DNA of 64,000 nucleotides from an uncultured Acidobacteriota bacterium (GCA_963749835.1 CAVVOD010000003.1:656721-720720), one strand, 5' to 3'. Counted from the stretch's first letter, positions 18,194-28,924 are shown. Numbers and translations: made by a program. The notes: a model not told the origin generated them from the letters alone.

Positions 18194-21100
18194 TCACCGG
18201 CCAGGTCGTTCCAGCGGCAGCGTCATGGTGAGCGTTGTGCCCCCGCCATTCTCAGAGTCGACCACAAGGGAGCCGCCGAGCCGTGCCGCCCTCGCGCGCA
18301 TGCTGGCGAGGCCGTTCCCCTCGTGCGGCGATGGCACGCGGTGACCGTTGTCACGGACCTCCAGGATCAGCCGCTTGCGCTCGAGTCGAAGCTCAATCCC
18401 GGCCTCGGTACAGCCGGAGTGTCGGGCCGCGTTGGTGACGCTCTCTTTGAAGACGAGATACACCTCGCGCCGGACGTCCGGACCAAGCTTCGTTTGATCG
18501 GCTGCGGTCGGGACACACAGTCGGAAGTCGATGTCGCGCGAGCCGAGCATATCGCTGGCAAAGCGCCGCATACGCTGCGTCAAGTCCCCGAGCTGCTCGT
18601 AGCGTGGGTTGATGGCCCAGACGATATCGCTCATCGTCTCGACGAGCTCGCGCGACGTGGCGGCGATCCGGCCCAGCGGCTCTCGGGCGTTTCCGTTGGT
18701 GCCCGCGTCCTTGATGGCAACCTCGCTCAGAATCGCGATCTGCGAGAGTCCGGATCCGATGTCGTCGTGCAGATCGGTCGCAATCCTGCCGCGCACGCGC
18801 TCCATGTCGAGCAGCCTCCTCAGGCGAGCGCGGTGAAATGCGGCGCCGGCGGTCCCCATCGACACGACGGCGATTGAGATGAACCACCAGCGCTGCCAGA
18901 CTGGAGGAAGGATATTGAAGGAGAGACTCGCGGTGCGTTCGCTCTTCACGCCATCCGTCAGCGCAGCGACGACAAAGCGGTAGCGCCCCGGAGCGAGTCG
19001 TTCATAGTTCACCGTCCGCTGACCGGTCGGCGGGCTCCAGTCTTTGTCCGCGCCTTCGAGGCGATACTGATACCGTACGGCGTTGGCCGGGCCAAAGGCG
19101 GGTGCGAAAAATGCGACACGCAGTCGATTCTCATCTGCGCCGAGCTCGACGTGAGCGACGTCAGCCTCGCCGAAATCCGCAACACGACGCGGTCTGCCCG
19201 CAATCTGAACCCCGCTGATCGACACTGAGAGCGGACGACGCGGCTGCTCGGGCACCGGCAGCAGCGTTGCGATACCGTTGGACATTCCAAACCACAGACG
19301 GTCCGTGCGATCGCGATATGCCGCATGTACTTCGTTACCGGGAAGTCCATCAGCGGTCGTGTACGCGCGAACGTGACCAGTGTCGGGGTTGAGCCGGTTC
19401 ACCCCTTTGGCCGTGCCCAGATAGATCCGGCCCCACCGATCCTCGGTGAAGCCGCGCACTGTATTGCTCGACAGACCCTCCGACGTCGTGTACTTCTGCG
19501 CGGCAACTGTGACAGCGGTCGGACTGTCGATCCGACCGACGCCGCCCCCAATCGTTCCGATCCACAGCCGGCCGGCCCTGTCCACGTAGAGCGTCTGAAC
19601 GTCACCTTCGGGAAGTCCCTCGCGCGCCGTGATGTGTTCGAAGCGCCCGTTACGAAGCCGAGCGATTCCGCTTTCGCGGAACCCAACCCAGATCTGGCCG
19701 CTGCGATCCTCCGCCACGGCGTTTACGGTGACCGAGGCCCTCAGACCGTCGGATTCCGAGAACCCGTGAAACGTGCCGGTGAGGTGGTTCCGTCGAACGA
19801 GGGTGGTCGCCGCGCGTGTGCGCAGCCAGAGGTCCCCTCGTGAATCCTCGAACGCCCGGCGGACGTCGTGAATCGGCAGCCCGTTCACGACCGTATACCT
19901 GGCGACCGGCCGCGCCGACCCGAGCGCCTCGAGCCGGCGTGACGTGAGGAAACCGAAAGAGTCCCTCCCCGGTCGTAATCCACCACTCGCCCTGACGGTC
20001 CTGCAACGCCGTGTGCCACAGCCGCGCGGCCTCCACGGGACGTGGCACGTTCGGACGAACCGCGGTGAAGCGTGCCCCCTCGAATCGGTGCACCCGAAGA
20101 TCGTCGGTGACGACGTGCACCAGGCCGTCGACGTCTTCCAGGATGGAGCGCACCACGCCTCCGCTCAGGCCATCGCTTCGGCTGTACGCCACGAATCCCT
20201 CACGAGCGAGCTTCAGTGCGCCGCTCGCGTACGTCCCCACCCAGACATTGCCGTCGATGTCTTCTCCGAGCGCCAGGACCTTGTCGGGTGTCAACCTGTG
20301 ATTCGTGGCGTACGGACGAAACCCATCGCGATCGAAGGCATAGACGAACCCTGACGACGTGCCGACCCAGACGCGTCCGTCCGAGGCGCAGTGCAGCGCT
20401 CGAATCCAGTTGCGGTCCCCCGATCCTGGAAAGGTGTACCACCGCGCCGCGCCGCGCGCCTCCGTTGCGGCATGCGCGATTCGCAAGGCCTGTTTCCCGG
20501 GAGGATGCGTGACGGCTCGATCCGAAATCGTCTCGCGGACAAGTGCCGCCCATGGATGCGGGCCTCTCGTGTCTTCGGCCGATGGCGGGTGTAACACGAC
20601 GACGCCATCGTCGAGCCCGGCCCACACGCGGCCGGTTTCGTCGATCTCCAGGATCCAGACAGCCGCTTCGGCACGCGTGGGGTGTGCCTGGTAGTTCACG
20701 AGCCGCCCATCCGGGAATCGACGGCTCAACCCGACACTCGTGGCCATCCAGATCGTTCCCGCCTTGTCCTCGACGACGTCCCACACGTGCACGGCGTTTG
20801 CGCGTGGATCGAGCCGCAGGTCGACCCGCTCGAACGTCGATCGACGCGGGTCCCCACGCGACACGAACACGCCATCGTCCGTTGCCGCCCAGATCCGGCC
20901 GAGGCCGTCCTCGAGCAGCGCGTTCACCCGCTGGCTGCCGGGTGTATTGCCGACCGCCATCGGCGTAAATCGAGCGCCGCTTCGATTGCTTGTGTCTGGG
21001 TCGAGGTAGGCGATCCCGCCGCCGTTGCTTGCCGCCCAGTAGGTGCCGGCTCCGAGTTTCGAGAAGGTCGTTGATCAGGGCATGCGGCAGACCCGCGGTA

Positions 21101-21357
21101 CGGTCGTAGGTTTTGAATTCGTGACCGTCGAAACGGCTGAGACCCTCCGCCGTGCAGAGCCACAGAAAGCCGCGAGAATCGCGCATGAGGCAGTACACGC
21201 GATCGTGAGGGAGCCCCTCCGTAATGGCATAGCGGCTGATCGGGAGTCGCTCGGCGTGTGCAATCCCGCCGGCGAAACCGATCGTCAGGAGAATGGCTAG
21301 CCACGCTCGAGGTGGCGCTGGGGGAGGCATACGGCCAAGCCGCGCGTTGCGGTTCAA
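18194..21357 (-). pseudogene. two-component sensor histidine kinase with periplasmic beta-propeller/Y_Y_Y region, interrupted by two frameshifts
   Basis: Three overlapping ORFs (20200-21357, 19650-20960, 18194-19888) read as one protein. The order is signal/TM, propeller repeats (GLPHDRVYCLMRDSRGFLW..., RIWAATDDGVFV, GNVWVGT), a Y_Y_Y-like region, a TM segment, a HisKA_3 H-box (LHDDIGSGLSQI) and HATPase_c. Frame switches occur near 21048 and near 19940. This may be an assembly indel artefact. Confidence 0.8.
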
Positions 21358-21487
21358 GCCTTGTGCCGAATTCGAGGGTTCTACTCACTTGAGAAACGGC
21401 GATGTTGGTGGCGGCACGCATCCCGTTGGCCCAGCACCTGGAGGGTGTTTCTTACACGCTCCAGAACCGCCGGGCTGACGACTGCCT

Positions 21488-22015
21488 TCAGGCAAGCGTC
21501 ACGTCTTGCTCATGATTATCTCCACCCGCCGATTCTTCTGCCGTCCCTCCGGATCGTCCGAGCCATCCGGTTCCGTGTTCGGCGCGACCGGCTTCGTAGC
21601 GCCCTAGTCCTCGAGTGTCGAACCGGCGTGTCGCCAGGTCCGGCTGCTTGCGAAGCCAGGCCGCTACGGAATCGGCGCGCGCGCGCGAGAGTCGTTGATT
21701 GTAGGCGTCGCCGCCTTTCGAGTCGGTATGTCCTTCGATGCGGACGGTGCCCTTGCCACGTTCGCGAATGACGCCCGCGAGCTGGATCAGCGTCTGTTCG
21801 GCCTTCGGCAGGATATTGGACTTGTCGAAGTCGAAGAGCACGTCGGCGGCAAGCTCGACGCGGATCTCGGTGTCCGTCTCTTTGACTTCGAGGCTTCGGA
21901 CCGTCGTCTCCAGGTCTTTGACGGTAAAGACAAGGTCGAGGACCTTGAACTTCGGCTGGCCGACTGGCGGGTCCTGCAGCGGTGCGAAGGAGAGGAGTGC
22001 GATGAGAAGGATCAT
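21488..22015 (-). CDS. OmpA-family (OmpA_C-like) protein, 3'-terminal frameshift
   Basis: VRIEGHTDSKGGDAYNQRLSRARADSVAAWL is the OmpA C-terminal core. After ...TRGLG the called frame is non-homologous. Removing one G/C from the run at 21602-21604 restores ATKPVAPNTEPDGSDDPEGRQKNRRVEIIMSKT-stop (21499-21501), the canonical ending. Confidence 0.85.
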   Translation of the reverse strand: MILLIALLSFAPLQDPPVGQPKFKVLDLVFTVKDLETTVRSLEVKETDTEIRVELAADVLFDFDKSNILPKAEQTLIQLAGVIRERGKGTVRIEGHTDSKGGDAYNQRLSRARADSVAAWLRKQPDLATRRFDTRGLGRYEAGRAEHGTGWLGRSGGTAEESAGGDNHEQDVTLA

Positions 22016-22590
22016 CGGCTGATCGGGATCCCTTCGAGCGGCGGGAACTTTGGAATCATGACGGCAATCTTCTGCACATCCTCAGGCGGCGCGGGAAACT
22101 TCGCCCACACGTTCGCCCGCGCGTTGGCTTCAAAGTTGACGAGACCGCCGCTGCACAGGCACTTGCCCGCGGAGTCCTCGGCGACAAAGTACTTCTTTTT
22201 TCCGACTGCATCGATCAGGTTGATCTGGTCGAAGCCGCCGAAAGTGAAAATGTTCCGCCCGCTGGTGTTGATGAACGCGAGCTTGAGGGTCACGGTGCCG
22301 CCATCCGTGCGTTTGAGCTCTTGAATTTCGACGCGAACGCCCGGCTGCTCTCCGTCCGCGGACGCCAGCGAGGCCGGCGCCACAGCGGACTGCGGGGTCG
22401 TCGCGGGGGTCGGTGGCGGCTGAGCCCGCGGTGCAGTCGTCGCGGGAGGGGGCGTGGCCGATTGAGGGGGCGGGGTCGCGGCTTGTGCCGGCGGTGGCGT
22501 GCTGGCTGCCGGTGTTGATTCTCCACCACAGGCGACCGAGCACGTCAGCGACATCGCAGCCAGGACCGTTCCGACGTGCATGCGTTTCAT
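22012..22590 (-). CDS. secreted/lipoprotein-like protein with Pro/Ala-rich linker (hypothetical)
   Basis: Signal peptide MKRMHVGTVLAAMSLTCSVACGG, then an A/P/T-rich linker and a beta-rich C-terminal domain. It overlaps the OmpA-like start by 4 nt (ATGA), implying co-translation. Confidence 0.65.
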   Translation of the reverse strand: MKRMHVGTVLAAMSLTCSVACGGESTPAASTPPPAQAATPPPQSATPPPATTAPRAQPPPTPATTPQSAVAPASLASADGEQPGVRVEIQELKRTDGGTVTLKLAFINTSGRNIFTFGGFDQINLIDAVGKKKYFVAEDSAGKCLCSGGLVNFEANARANVWAKFPAPPEDVQKIAVMIPKFPPLEGIPISR

Positions 22591-22653
22591 CGTTCCAGCG
22601 TGCGTTTCCTCGGCTCTCGCGGCAATCCCTCAATCAGGTAGGTTTCTGCACGG

Positions 22654-23310
22654 TCAGCGAACGATGCGCTGGCGCAGTGCCTTGGCGACCGCCTGGGCCT
22701 TGGAGTGCACTTGCAGCTTGCGGTAGATGTTCTTCATGTGGAACGCCACCGTGTTGACCGTGCTCTTCAGCGCCGCGGCGGCGGTCTTGTAGCTGTGGCC
22801 TTCTGCGAGCAGCGTCAGCACGCGCACCTCGTGGGGCGTGAGATGGTGTTCAGCCTTCGACGGCGGACTGAACTCTCGAAACAGGGAGATGACACGGCTC
22901 GCCACCGGCGGCGACATGGGCGCGCCGCCGCTCATCACATCGTCGAGGCAATCGATCAGGCGCGCGGGCGGGGTTTTCTTGAGCAGGTATCCGGCGGCAC
23001 CGGCACACAGCGCGTCGAAAATCCGTTCGTCATCGTCGTAGATCGTGAGGACGACCAATCGAAGCTGAGGATGCCGGCGACTCAGCTCACCGATTCCGTC
23101 GACGCCCGACATACCCGGCAGTCCCAGATCGACGAGGACGACATCGGCGACGGCGGCGCTGATCGCGGGCAGCGCCTCCTCCATCGAGCCGAACACGCCT
23201 GGGCAGCAATAGTTGGGCGTATTCTCGATCAGGAATCGCAAGCCATCGCGGATCTCCCGCTGGTCCTCGACGATCATGACGCGAACGGGTTCAGGCATGG
23301 CCGTCTGCAA
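22654..23310 (-). CDS. NarL/LuxR-family response regulator (REC + LuxR HTH)
   Basis: VRVMIVEDQREIRDGL..., phospho-acceptor region DVVLVDLGLPGMSG, and a C-terminal LTPHEVRVLTLLAEGHSYKTAAAALKSTVNTVAFHMKNIYRKL. Confidence 0.92.
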   Translation of the reverse strand: MQTAMPEPVRVMIVEDQREIRDGLRFLIENTPNYCCPGVFGSMEEALPAISAAVADVVLVDLGLPGMSGVDGIGELSRRHPQLRLVVLTIYDDDERIFDALCAGAAGYLLKKTPPARLIDCLDDVMSGGAPMSPPVASRVISLFREFSPPSKAEHHLTPHEVRVLTLLAEGHSYKTAAAALKSTVNTVAFHMKNIYRKLQVHSKAQAVAKALRQRIVR

Positions 23311-23824
23311 GAGCGTCCGCCGAGTCTACCCTTGTCATGCCATGGGGTCACCTACCTGTCTATGTGGGTGCCGGGAGGACGCACTGATCGCGTTGGCGGC
23401 GAAGCACCCGAAGAGGTTGCCGATCGTGACCGTCCATCCCTACGATGGGCGAGCCGCGCTGGACGAACTGACCCCGCGTCGCAGGATCATCGGTGCGCCT
23501 CTGCCGGTACGTGTCCATTCCTCAGCAGGACTCCACAGAAAAGCTGCTTCGAGTCGGCTGAAACAGACGAGCGACGTCGTCTGGATATTGCGACACAGCA
23601 CGGACAGAGCACGTACTGAATCCATGCTGAGCGTTAGCCAATCGGGCTGGACGCGCAGCCGCGCACGTGCGCGCTTTTGGTTCACGTCCTGCCCCTTGCA
23701 TCGGTTGCACGCTTACAAGACGACGTGCATTCGAGGACCGCGCGATCAACGGTTCCGTCGGCGCACCACGAGAGATCGAGCAGTCGCACGATGCCCGTTC
23801 GTCCGGCGCACAAACGGAGGTGCC

Positions 23825-24412
23825 ATGAGTATCGGTCGTAGGATGTTGACATGCATGGTCGCCGGGCTGATGAGCCTGGTGGCAGTTGAAGTCGCTCGGG
23901 CCCAACAGACCGCAGGTGTGAGCGAGCACCAGCAGACCGCAGGTGTAAGTGAGCAGGTTGAGAGCGTGGATGGACCATTGGCGCGGGCGGTGCGCCAGTC
24001 GACGGAACCATTCCAGGATACCCAGGCGGCCATCGCGGCCGGGTATGCCCTTGCTGGTGGCTGCGTCAGCGGGCCGGAAGAGGGAGCGATGGGGGTACAT
24101 TACGTGAACGCCTCGCTGGTCGGCGATGGTCTGCTGGACGCAGCCCGGCCAGAAGCGCTCGTCTACGAGCCACGGAATGGACGACTCCAGCTGGTTGCCG
24201 TGGAGTACATCGTGCTGGCGGAGCAGTGGAACGCGGCCAACGACCATCCTCCTGTCCTGCAGGGCCAGCATTTTCACCTCGTGGGAGCCCCCAACCGGGC
24301 CGGCCTCCCCGCCTACTACGAACTGCACGTCTGGGCGTTGAAGCGAAACCCTCATGGGACATTCGCGGACTGGAACCCCAAGGTGAACTGCGACGCGTAC
24401 AACCCACGTTAG
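23825..24412 (+). CDS. secreted hypothetical protein
   Basis: ATG 23825 lies 4 nt after GGAGG. The signal peptide is ...LVAVEVARA/QQ. The mature part (GMGVHYVN...YELHVWALKRNPHGTFADWNP) has no family I recognise. The track ORF 23213-24412 includes a non-coding-looking leader. Confidence 0.6.
   Translation: MSIGRRMLTCMVAGLMSLVAVEVARAQQTAGVSEHQQTAGVSEQVESVDGPLARAVRQSTEPFQDTQAAIAAGYALAGGCVSGPEEGAMGVHYVNASLVGDGLLDAARPEALVYEPRNGRLQLVAVEYIVLAEQWNAANDHPPVLQGQHFHLVGAPNRAGLPAYYELHVWALKRNPHGTFADWNPKVNCDAYNPR
23903..23956 (+). repeat. in-frame 27-bp tandem duplication (2 units)
   Basis: CAACAGACCGCAGGTGTGAGCGAGCAC / CAGCAGACCGCAGGTGTAAGTGAGCAG encodes QQTAGVSEH-QQTAGVSEQ directly after the predicted signal cleavage site. 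Confidence 0.8.
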
Positions 24413-24528
24413 CGGATGACCACGGACGATAGGGGCGGGGCGCAGGACTATTCTGCGTCCCCGCTCTCATCCTCCCACCACGGCTCTCGCCTTTTCGGGC
24501 GTGCCACGGTACGCTGGGCAGCCTGCGC

Positions 24529-26187
24529 GTGAGGATCGGTGCGCGAAGCCCATCGCGCAGTGAGCCCTTGACCTTGAGGCACACAGGCAACTACGACGGC
24601 ATCATCGTTGGCGCCGGCCACAACGCGCTCATCCTGGCGACCTATCTCGGCAAGGCCGGGTTGCGGATACTGGCCGTCGATCGCGCAGCGGTCGCGGGCG
24701 GCGGGCTCGCCACGCTCGAGTACCCGCGACAGTCCGGCTTCCTGCACAACACGCACGCCTTCTTCCAGCGGGCAATCACCGCCATGCCCTGGTACGCGGA
24801 TCTCGATCTCGAACGCCATGGAGCACGCTATATCGAGCCGGAGCTCAATGTGGTGCTGCTCACGCGCGACGGTCGCGCGCTCGAATGGTGGACGGACATC
24901 GAACGCACGATCGGTTCGGTCGCGCAATTCAGCCAGCGGGATGCCGACGGGCTGCGCCGCTGGCACGACGAGTTTGTCCCCATCGTGGAAGGCATTCTCG
25001 GCCCTGAGAATCGCTCGCCACCGTTGCCGCCGGCCGAACGCCGGGAGTTGCTCGAACGAACAGCGGCAGGCCGCCGCCTCCTCGAAGTGAGCGCCCTCTC
25101 GCCGCTCGAGTTCGTTCAACGGGAGTTCGAGGACCCGACGGTGATGGCCGGCCTGCTGTTCTTCAATGGCTTGCGCGAGGTGGACCTGCGCGTGCGCGGC
25201 TTCGGCCACCATATCGCCGCGCTCATCGCGAGCCCGGCGAAGGCGCAGATGTCGCGCGGCGGCAGCGCGGCTGTCGCCCGCGCGCTGGAGGCTGCCATGC
25301 GCGCCAGCGGCGGCGACATCCGGCTGATGATCGAACCGGCGCGGATTGTGGTGGAGAGCGGCCGTGCGATCGGCGTCGAGACCCGTGAAGGAGAGATGAT
25401 TCTGGCGCGGCACCTGGTGGCCTCCTCGCTCAACCCACAGCAGACGTTCCTCGAACTGCTGGCGCCGTCAGTGGCGCCAGCAGAGATTCGCGAGCAGGCC
25501 GAGCGCTTTCAGTACAACCTGCTCGCGCCGCTGTTCGCCCTCAACCTCAATCTTCATGAGCCGCCGCGCTACGCCGCCGCCGCCAATCATCCTGAGCTGG
25601 CGCACGCTTTCATGACAATCGTCGGTCTCGATCACGTAGACCAGTTCTTTGACATCATTCGTCATCACGAGGCCGGTACGATCCCTCCGACCGTGATGTG
25701 GGGCGCGTGTCCGACATTGTTCGATGCCAGTCAGGCCCCCGAGGGGAAGCACACCGCGTTCATGTGGGAGAAGCTTCCCTATCGACTTCGGGGGAATGCG
25801 ACGAACTGGGATGGGGCCGGCGACGAGCACGGCCGCGTCATGCTGGATCTCTGGCAGCAATACGCGCCGAACGTGCGGGACGCGGTGATCGATACCTTCG
25901 TCCGCACGCCCCTCGACATCGAGCGGAGTCTGCCCAACATGCGCGGCGGCGACCTCCTCGTCGGCGCCTTCAGCCGGGATCAGATTGGCTACCACCGGCC
26001 TTTCCCCGGCGCCGGCGCGTACCGTACGCATATCCAGAACCTTTATTTGTGCGGGTCGAGCAGCCATCCGGGGGGCAACGTCACGGGCCTTCCGGGGTAC
26101 AACGCCGCCCAGGTGATTCTTGGCGACCTCGGCATCAGGGCCGATTGGATACCGCCTCCGATTGCGGCCCGCCTTGCCGCAATTTGA
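24529..26187 (+). CDS. FAD-dependent oxidoreductase, phytoene desaturase (CrtI)-like family
   Basis: The N-terminal dinucleotide fold is YDGIIVGAGHNALILATYLGKAGLRILAVDR...GG. Length and the C-terminal LYLCGSSSHPGGNVTG are typical of the CrtI/amine-oxidase-like family. Confidence 0.8.
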   Translation: MRIGARSPSRSEPLTLRHTGNYDGIIVGAGHNALILATYLGKAGLRILAVDRAAVAGGGLATLEYPRQSGFLHNTHAFFQRAITAMPWYADLDLERHGARYIEPELNVVLLTRDGRALEWWTDIERTIGSVAQFSQRDADGLRRWHDEFVPIVEGILGPENRSPPLPPAERRELLERTAAGRRLLEVSALSPLEFVQREFEDPTVMAGLLFFNGLREVDLRVRGFGHHIAALIASPAKAQMSRGGSAAVARALEAAMRASGGDIRLMIEPARIVVESGRAIGVETREGEMILARHLVASSLNPQQTFLELLAPSVAPAEIREQAERFQYNLLAPLFALNLNLHEPPRYAAAANHPELAHAFMTIVGLDHVDQFFDIIRHHEAGTIPPTVMWGACPTLFDASQAPEGKHTAFMWEKLPYRLRGNATNWDGAGDEHGRVMLDLWQQYAPNVRDAVIDTFVRTPLDIERSLPNMRGGDLLVGAFSRDQIGYHRPFPGAGAYRTHIQNLYLCGSSSHPGGNVTGLPGYNAAQVILGDLGIRADWIPPPIAARLAAI

Positions 26188-26213
26188 GATGTGTCGAGTG
26201 GGGGCTGCCGGGT

Positions 26214-27079
26214 CTACAGCAAGGTTCGAACCCCGGTGAGATGAGCGCGCGTCCAGAGACCTGCACGCGCGTCAGGCCTTTCCCCCCCGCACTTCACGGT
26301 CGCGAATGCGATCGCTATTCCTGCAAGCAGTGTGGCGATCGGATCGATTCGAGATGCACGAACGGCGGGGACTGCGGCGGCGAGGATGCCGACAACGAGC
26401 AGCACCGAGATCGTTGGCAGGAAGACCATCGGATCGCTGGCGGTGACTTTGGCGACGAAGGTCGCGCGCATCGCGAACGCCATCGGCACAGCCAGGGCCA
26501 GCCCGCACGCCATGCCCGCCGGCACGAGCGTCATTGCCTAACGGATCACCAGAGTGACGATACGAGAGGGCGGAGCGCCGATCGCCAGGCGCACGCCGAT
26601 CTCGCGCCGACGGAGCGCGACGATGTAGGACAGCACGGCATAGAGTCCCGTCGCGGACGGGACCAGGGCCACGGTGCCGGCCGCGCCGGCGACATAGACC
26701 GCGCCGGCCATCTCCCGCGCCTCTTCCTGGAATTCCATGTCACCCCGGCGGATCGATGTCCAGGTGATCCGCGGATCGATCCGGTTGACGAGCGTCAAAA
26801 GATCGGCGCGCAACGCCTCGGGATCGGCGGCGCGCACGCGAACGGTGAACTCGGTGCTCAGCGCCTTCGAGAGGGGCGCGACGCAGAGCGGTCGGTGGTC
26901 TGCGGCGCGCCGGGCAAGCCGAATCGCACGCCGTCGTCGGTCGAGAGCGAAACGTGAGTCACACGTCCGTCCGCGGCCGCGCCCGTCACGACGGTGTCCG
27001 CGAACCGGCGCGCCTCGAGCGGCGGCCATATGTCGAGGAATGCGCCCGGGATGCTCGATAATGGGTGAGTGTCCGTCAT
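26214..27079 (-). pseudogene. truncated ADOP/FtsX permease remnant (second half only) with frameshifts and an in-frame TAG
   Basis: MTDTHPLSSIPGAFLD... reads through a frame switch near 26900 into ...LYAVLSYIVALRRREIGVRLAIGAPPSRIVTLVIR-TAG(26538-40)-AMTLVPAGMACGLALAV...AVPAVRASRIDPIATL. The canonical ending is reachable only by another 1-nt shift (stop 26325-27). The N-terminal ~550 aa of a full ADOP are missing. Confidence 0.55.
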
Positions 27080-27920
27080 GTCCCATTCGATGATTGCGCG
27101 GGCCGTACGGCGGCCGACGCGCATCGGAGGCCGCCGCGCGCGCCGTTCGGCCTCGCGCCTGGGACGACGCGCGCTGCTGGCCATGCGGGTCGCCCCGTTG
27201 GCCGTCCAGATAATCGTCGGGACGGTCCTGCTGGTGATCGTCTGGGTGGCCGTGAACGGGATCGTGCAGGTCGTCCGCAAGCCCACCGAAGTGTTCGTCG
27301 GGGTCGGCGGCTCGCTTGCCAAGGTGCCGGCGCAGACCTGGCGGCAATACGGCCCGCTCTTCGACGAGCACTCCACGGCGGTCATCACACCGGAATTGCT
27401 GGCCGCTCTGGCCCAGGTGGAGAGCAGCGGCAACCCGGTGGCACGGGCCTACTGGCGGTGGCGGTTCAGCTGGAATCCGTTCGAGCTATACGGACCGGCC
27501 TCGAGCGCGGTCGGGATGTTTCAGATCACCGATGGAACGTTCGCAGCGGCCCGGCGCACTTGCATCCACGATCACGTCGTCGTCGAGGACGGGCCCTGGC
27601 ACGACCCGCAGTCGTGCTGGTTCAACGCGCTCTACACACGAGTGGTGCCCGCTCATGCCGTGGAGATGACCGCCGCGCTGCTGGATCGCACAGTCGCGCG
27701 TATCCTCGCCCGGAACCGCATCACCTCCGCCTCGCTGCCGCAGCGGCAAAACCTCGCGGCGATCATCCACCTGTGCGGCGACGGCGCCGGTGACGGATAC
27801 GCGCGCCGGGGCTTCCGATTCAAAGGCGGCCAGCGATGCGGCGACCACGACCCCCGCCGCTACCTTGCGCAGGTCAACGACCTGAAGCGTCAATTCGCCC
27901 GGCTGGCTGCGGCCGACTGA
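27069..27920 (+). CDS. lytic transglycosylase (SLT domain) with N-terminal membrane anchor
   Basis: LAALAQVESSGNP (catalytic Glu-Ser motif) followed by AVGMFQITDGTF. There is an N-terminal TM helix (VAPLAVQIIVGTVLLVIVWVAV). The exact start is uncertain. Confidence 0.8.
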   Translation: MSVMSHSMIARAVRRPTRIGGRRARRSASRLGRRALLAMRVAPLAVQIIVGTVLLVIVWVAVNGIVQVVRKPTEVFVGVGGSLAKVPAQTWRQYGPLFDEHSTAVITPELLAALAQVESSGNPVARAYWRWRFSWNPFELYGPASSAVGMFQITDGTFAAARRTCIHDHVVVEDGPWHDPQSCWFNALYTRVVPAHAVEMTAALLDRTVARILARNRITSASLPQRQNLAAIIHLCGDGAGDGYARRGFRFKGGQRCGDHDPRRYLAQVNDLKRQFARLAAAD

Positions 27921-27936
27921 CCAGGAAGCTGCGATC

Positions 27937-28899
27937 ATGGAGCGTAGGAAGGCGTCCGACTATCCGCGGGGATTGATCGATCTCTTTCGCGAATATCAGC
28001 ACGGGCACATCGACCGGCGATCGTTCCTCGACGGCGCGGGCAGGTTTGCCGTGGGTGGGCTGACAGTCGGCGCCTTCTCCGAGATGATGCGGCCCAACCA
28101 TGTCTGGGCCCAGGAGGTGTCGAAGCCGACCCACCCGGCCTCCGCTCGCGTGCTCGATCGACTCAGAACCCGCTTCACGTTCCAAATTTCGGTTGACGTG
28201 GCCACCCTGGAACAGGGTCTCGGGGTTGCGGGTGCGGCGCTGGCGGGCGGGGTCAGTATCGTCGAAATGGGGACGCCGCTGCTCAAGAACGCGGGCGTCT
28301 CGAACGTCGTACCAGCCTTCCGTCGGAAATTTCCCGAGGCGCTCCTGCTGGCCGACATGAAGACAATGGACGGCGGTGCCTTCGAGGCGCGCGCCGTCTT
28401 TGCGGGCGGCGCCAACGTCATCGATTTCCTCGCGCTCGCCGGTGTGGATACGGCGAAGGCGATCTGCGCCGTGCGGGACGAGTTCAGACGGGCCGACCCT
28501 GAACTGCCGCGGCTCGCCTTTGCCGACATCCTCGTGCCGCATCAGGGCCCGGCCGCCCAGGCCGTTGAGGTCGCGCTTCGCATGCTCGAGGCCGGCGTGG
28601 ACGGGGTCGGCGTTCATCTGCAGGCCGACGCGCGGCGCGCCGACCCGAAACTGATCGAGAGCCACTATCTTGGTGAGGTGGCCCGCGCCATCTTCGAGCG
28701 GGTCGGCGCCGCCGCCCCGGTGCAGGTGGTCGGCGGGCTCAGCGTCGCGCAGGCGAAAAGCCTTGCCCAGGCGGGGCTGCGCGCCTTCGTCATCAGCGGC
28801 AATCTTGGCCAGCCGGACACCCGCGCGCGCTACGACCTGCCACCGTACCAGATCGAGCGCTACGTCGCCGCTTTCATCGCCGCGGTCTCGAAGGCCTGA
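27937..28899 (+). CDS. OMP decarboxylase/HUMPS-superfamily protein (3-hexulose-6-phosphate synthase-like) with Tat-like N-terminal extension
   Basis: The core VSIVEMGTPLLKNAGVSNVVPAFRRKFPEALLLADMKTMDGGAFEARAVFAGGAN matches the HPS/KGPDC pattern (EvGTPL...aDlKtmD). The N-terminus has DRRSFLDGAGRFAVGGLTVGAFS, a twin-arginine-like motif. Confidence 0.6.
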   Translation: MERRKASDYPRGLIDLFREYQHGHIDRRSFLDGAGRFAVGGLTVGAFSEMMRPNHVWAQEVSKPTHPASARVLDRLRTRFTFQISVDVATLEQGLGVAGAALAGGVSIVEMGTPLLKNAGVSNVVPAFRRKFPEALLLADMKTMDGGAFEARAVFAGGANVIDFLALAGVDTAKAICAVRDEFRRADPELPRLAFADILVPHQGPAAQAVEVALRMLEAGVDGVGVHLQADARRADPKLIESHYLGEVARAIFERVGAAAPVQVVGGLSVAQAKSLAQAGLRAFVISGNLGQPDTRARYDLPPYQIERYVAAFIAAVSKA

Positions 28900-28924
28900 G
28901 TACCGTCGCTAACACATCGAGCCT

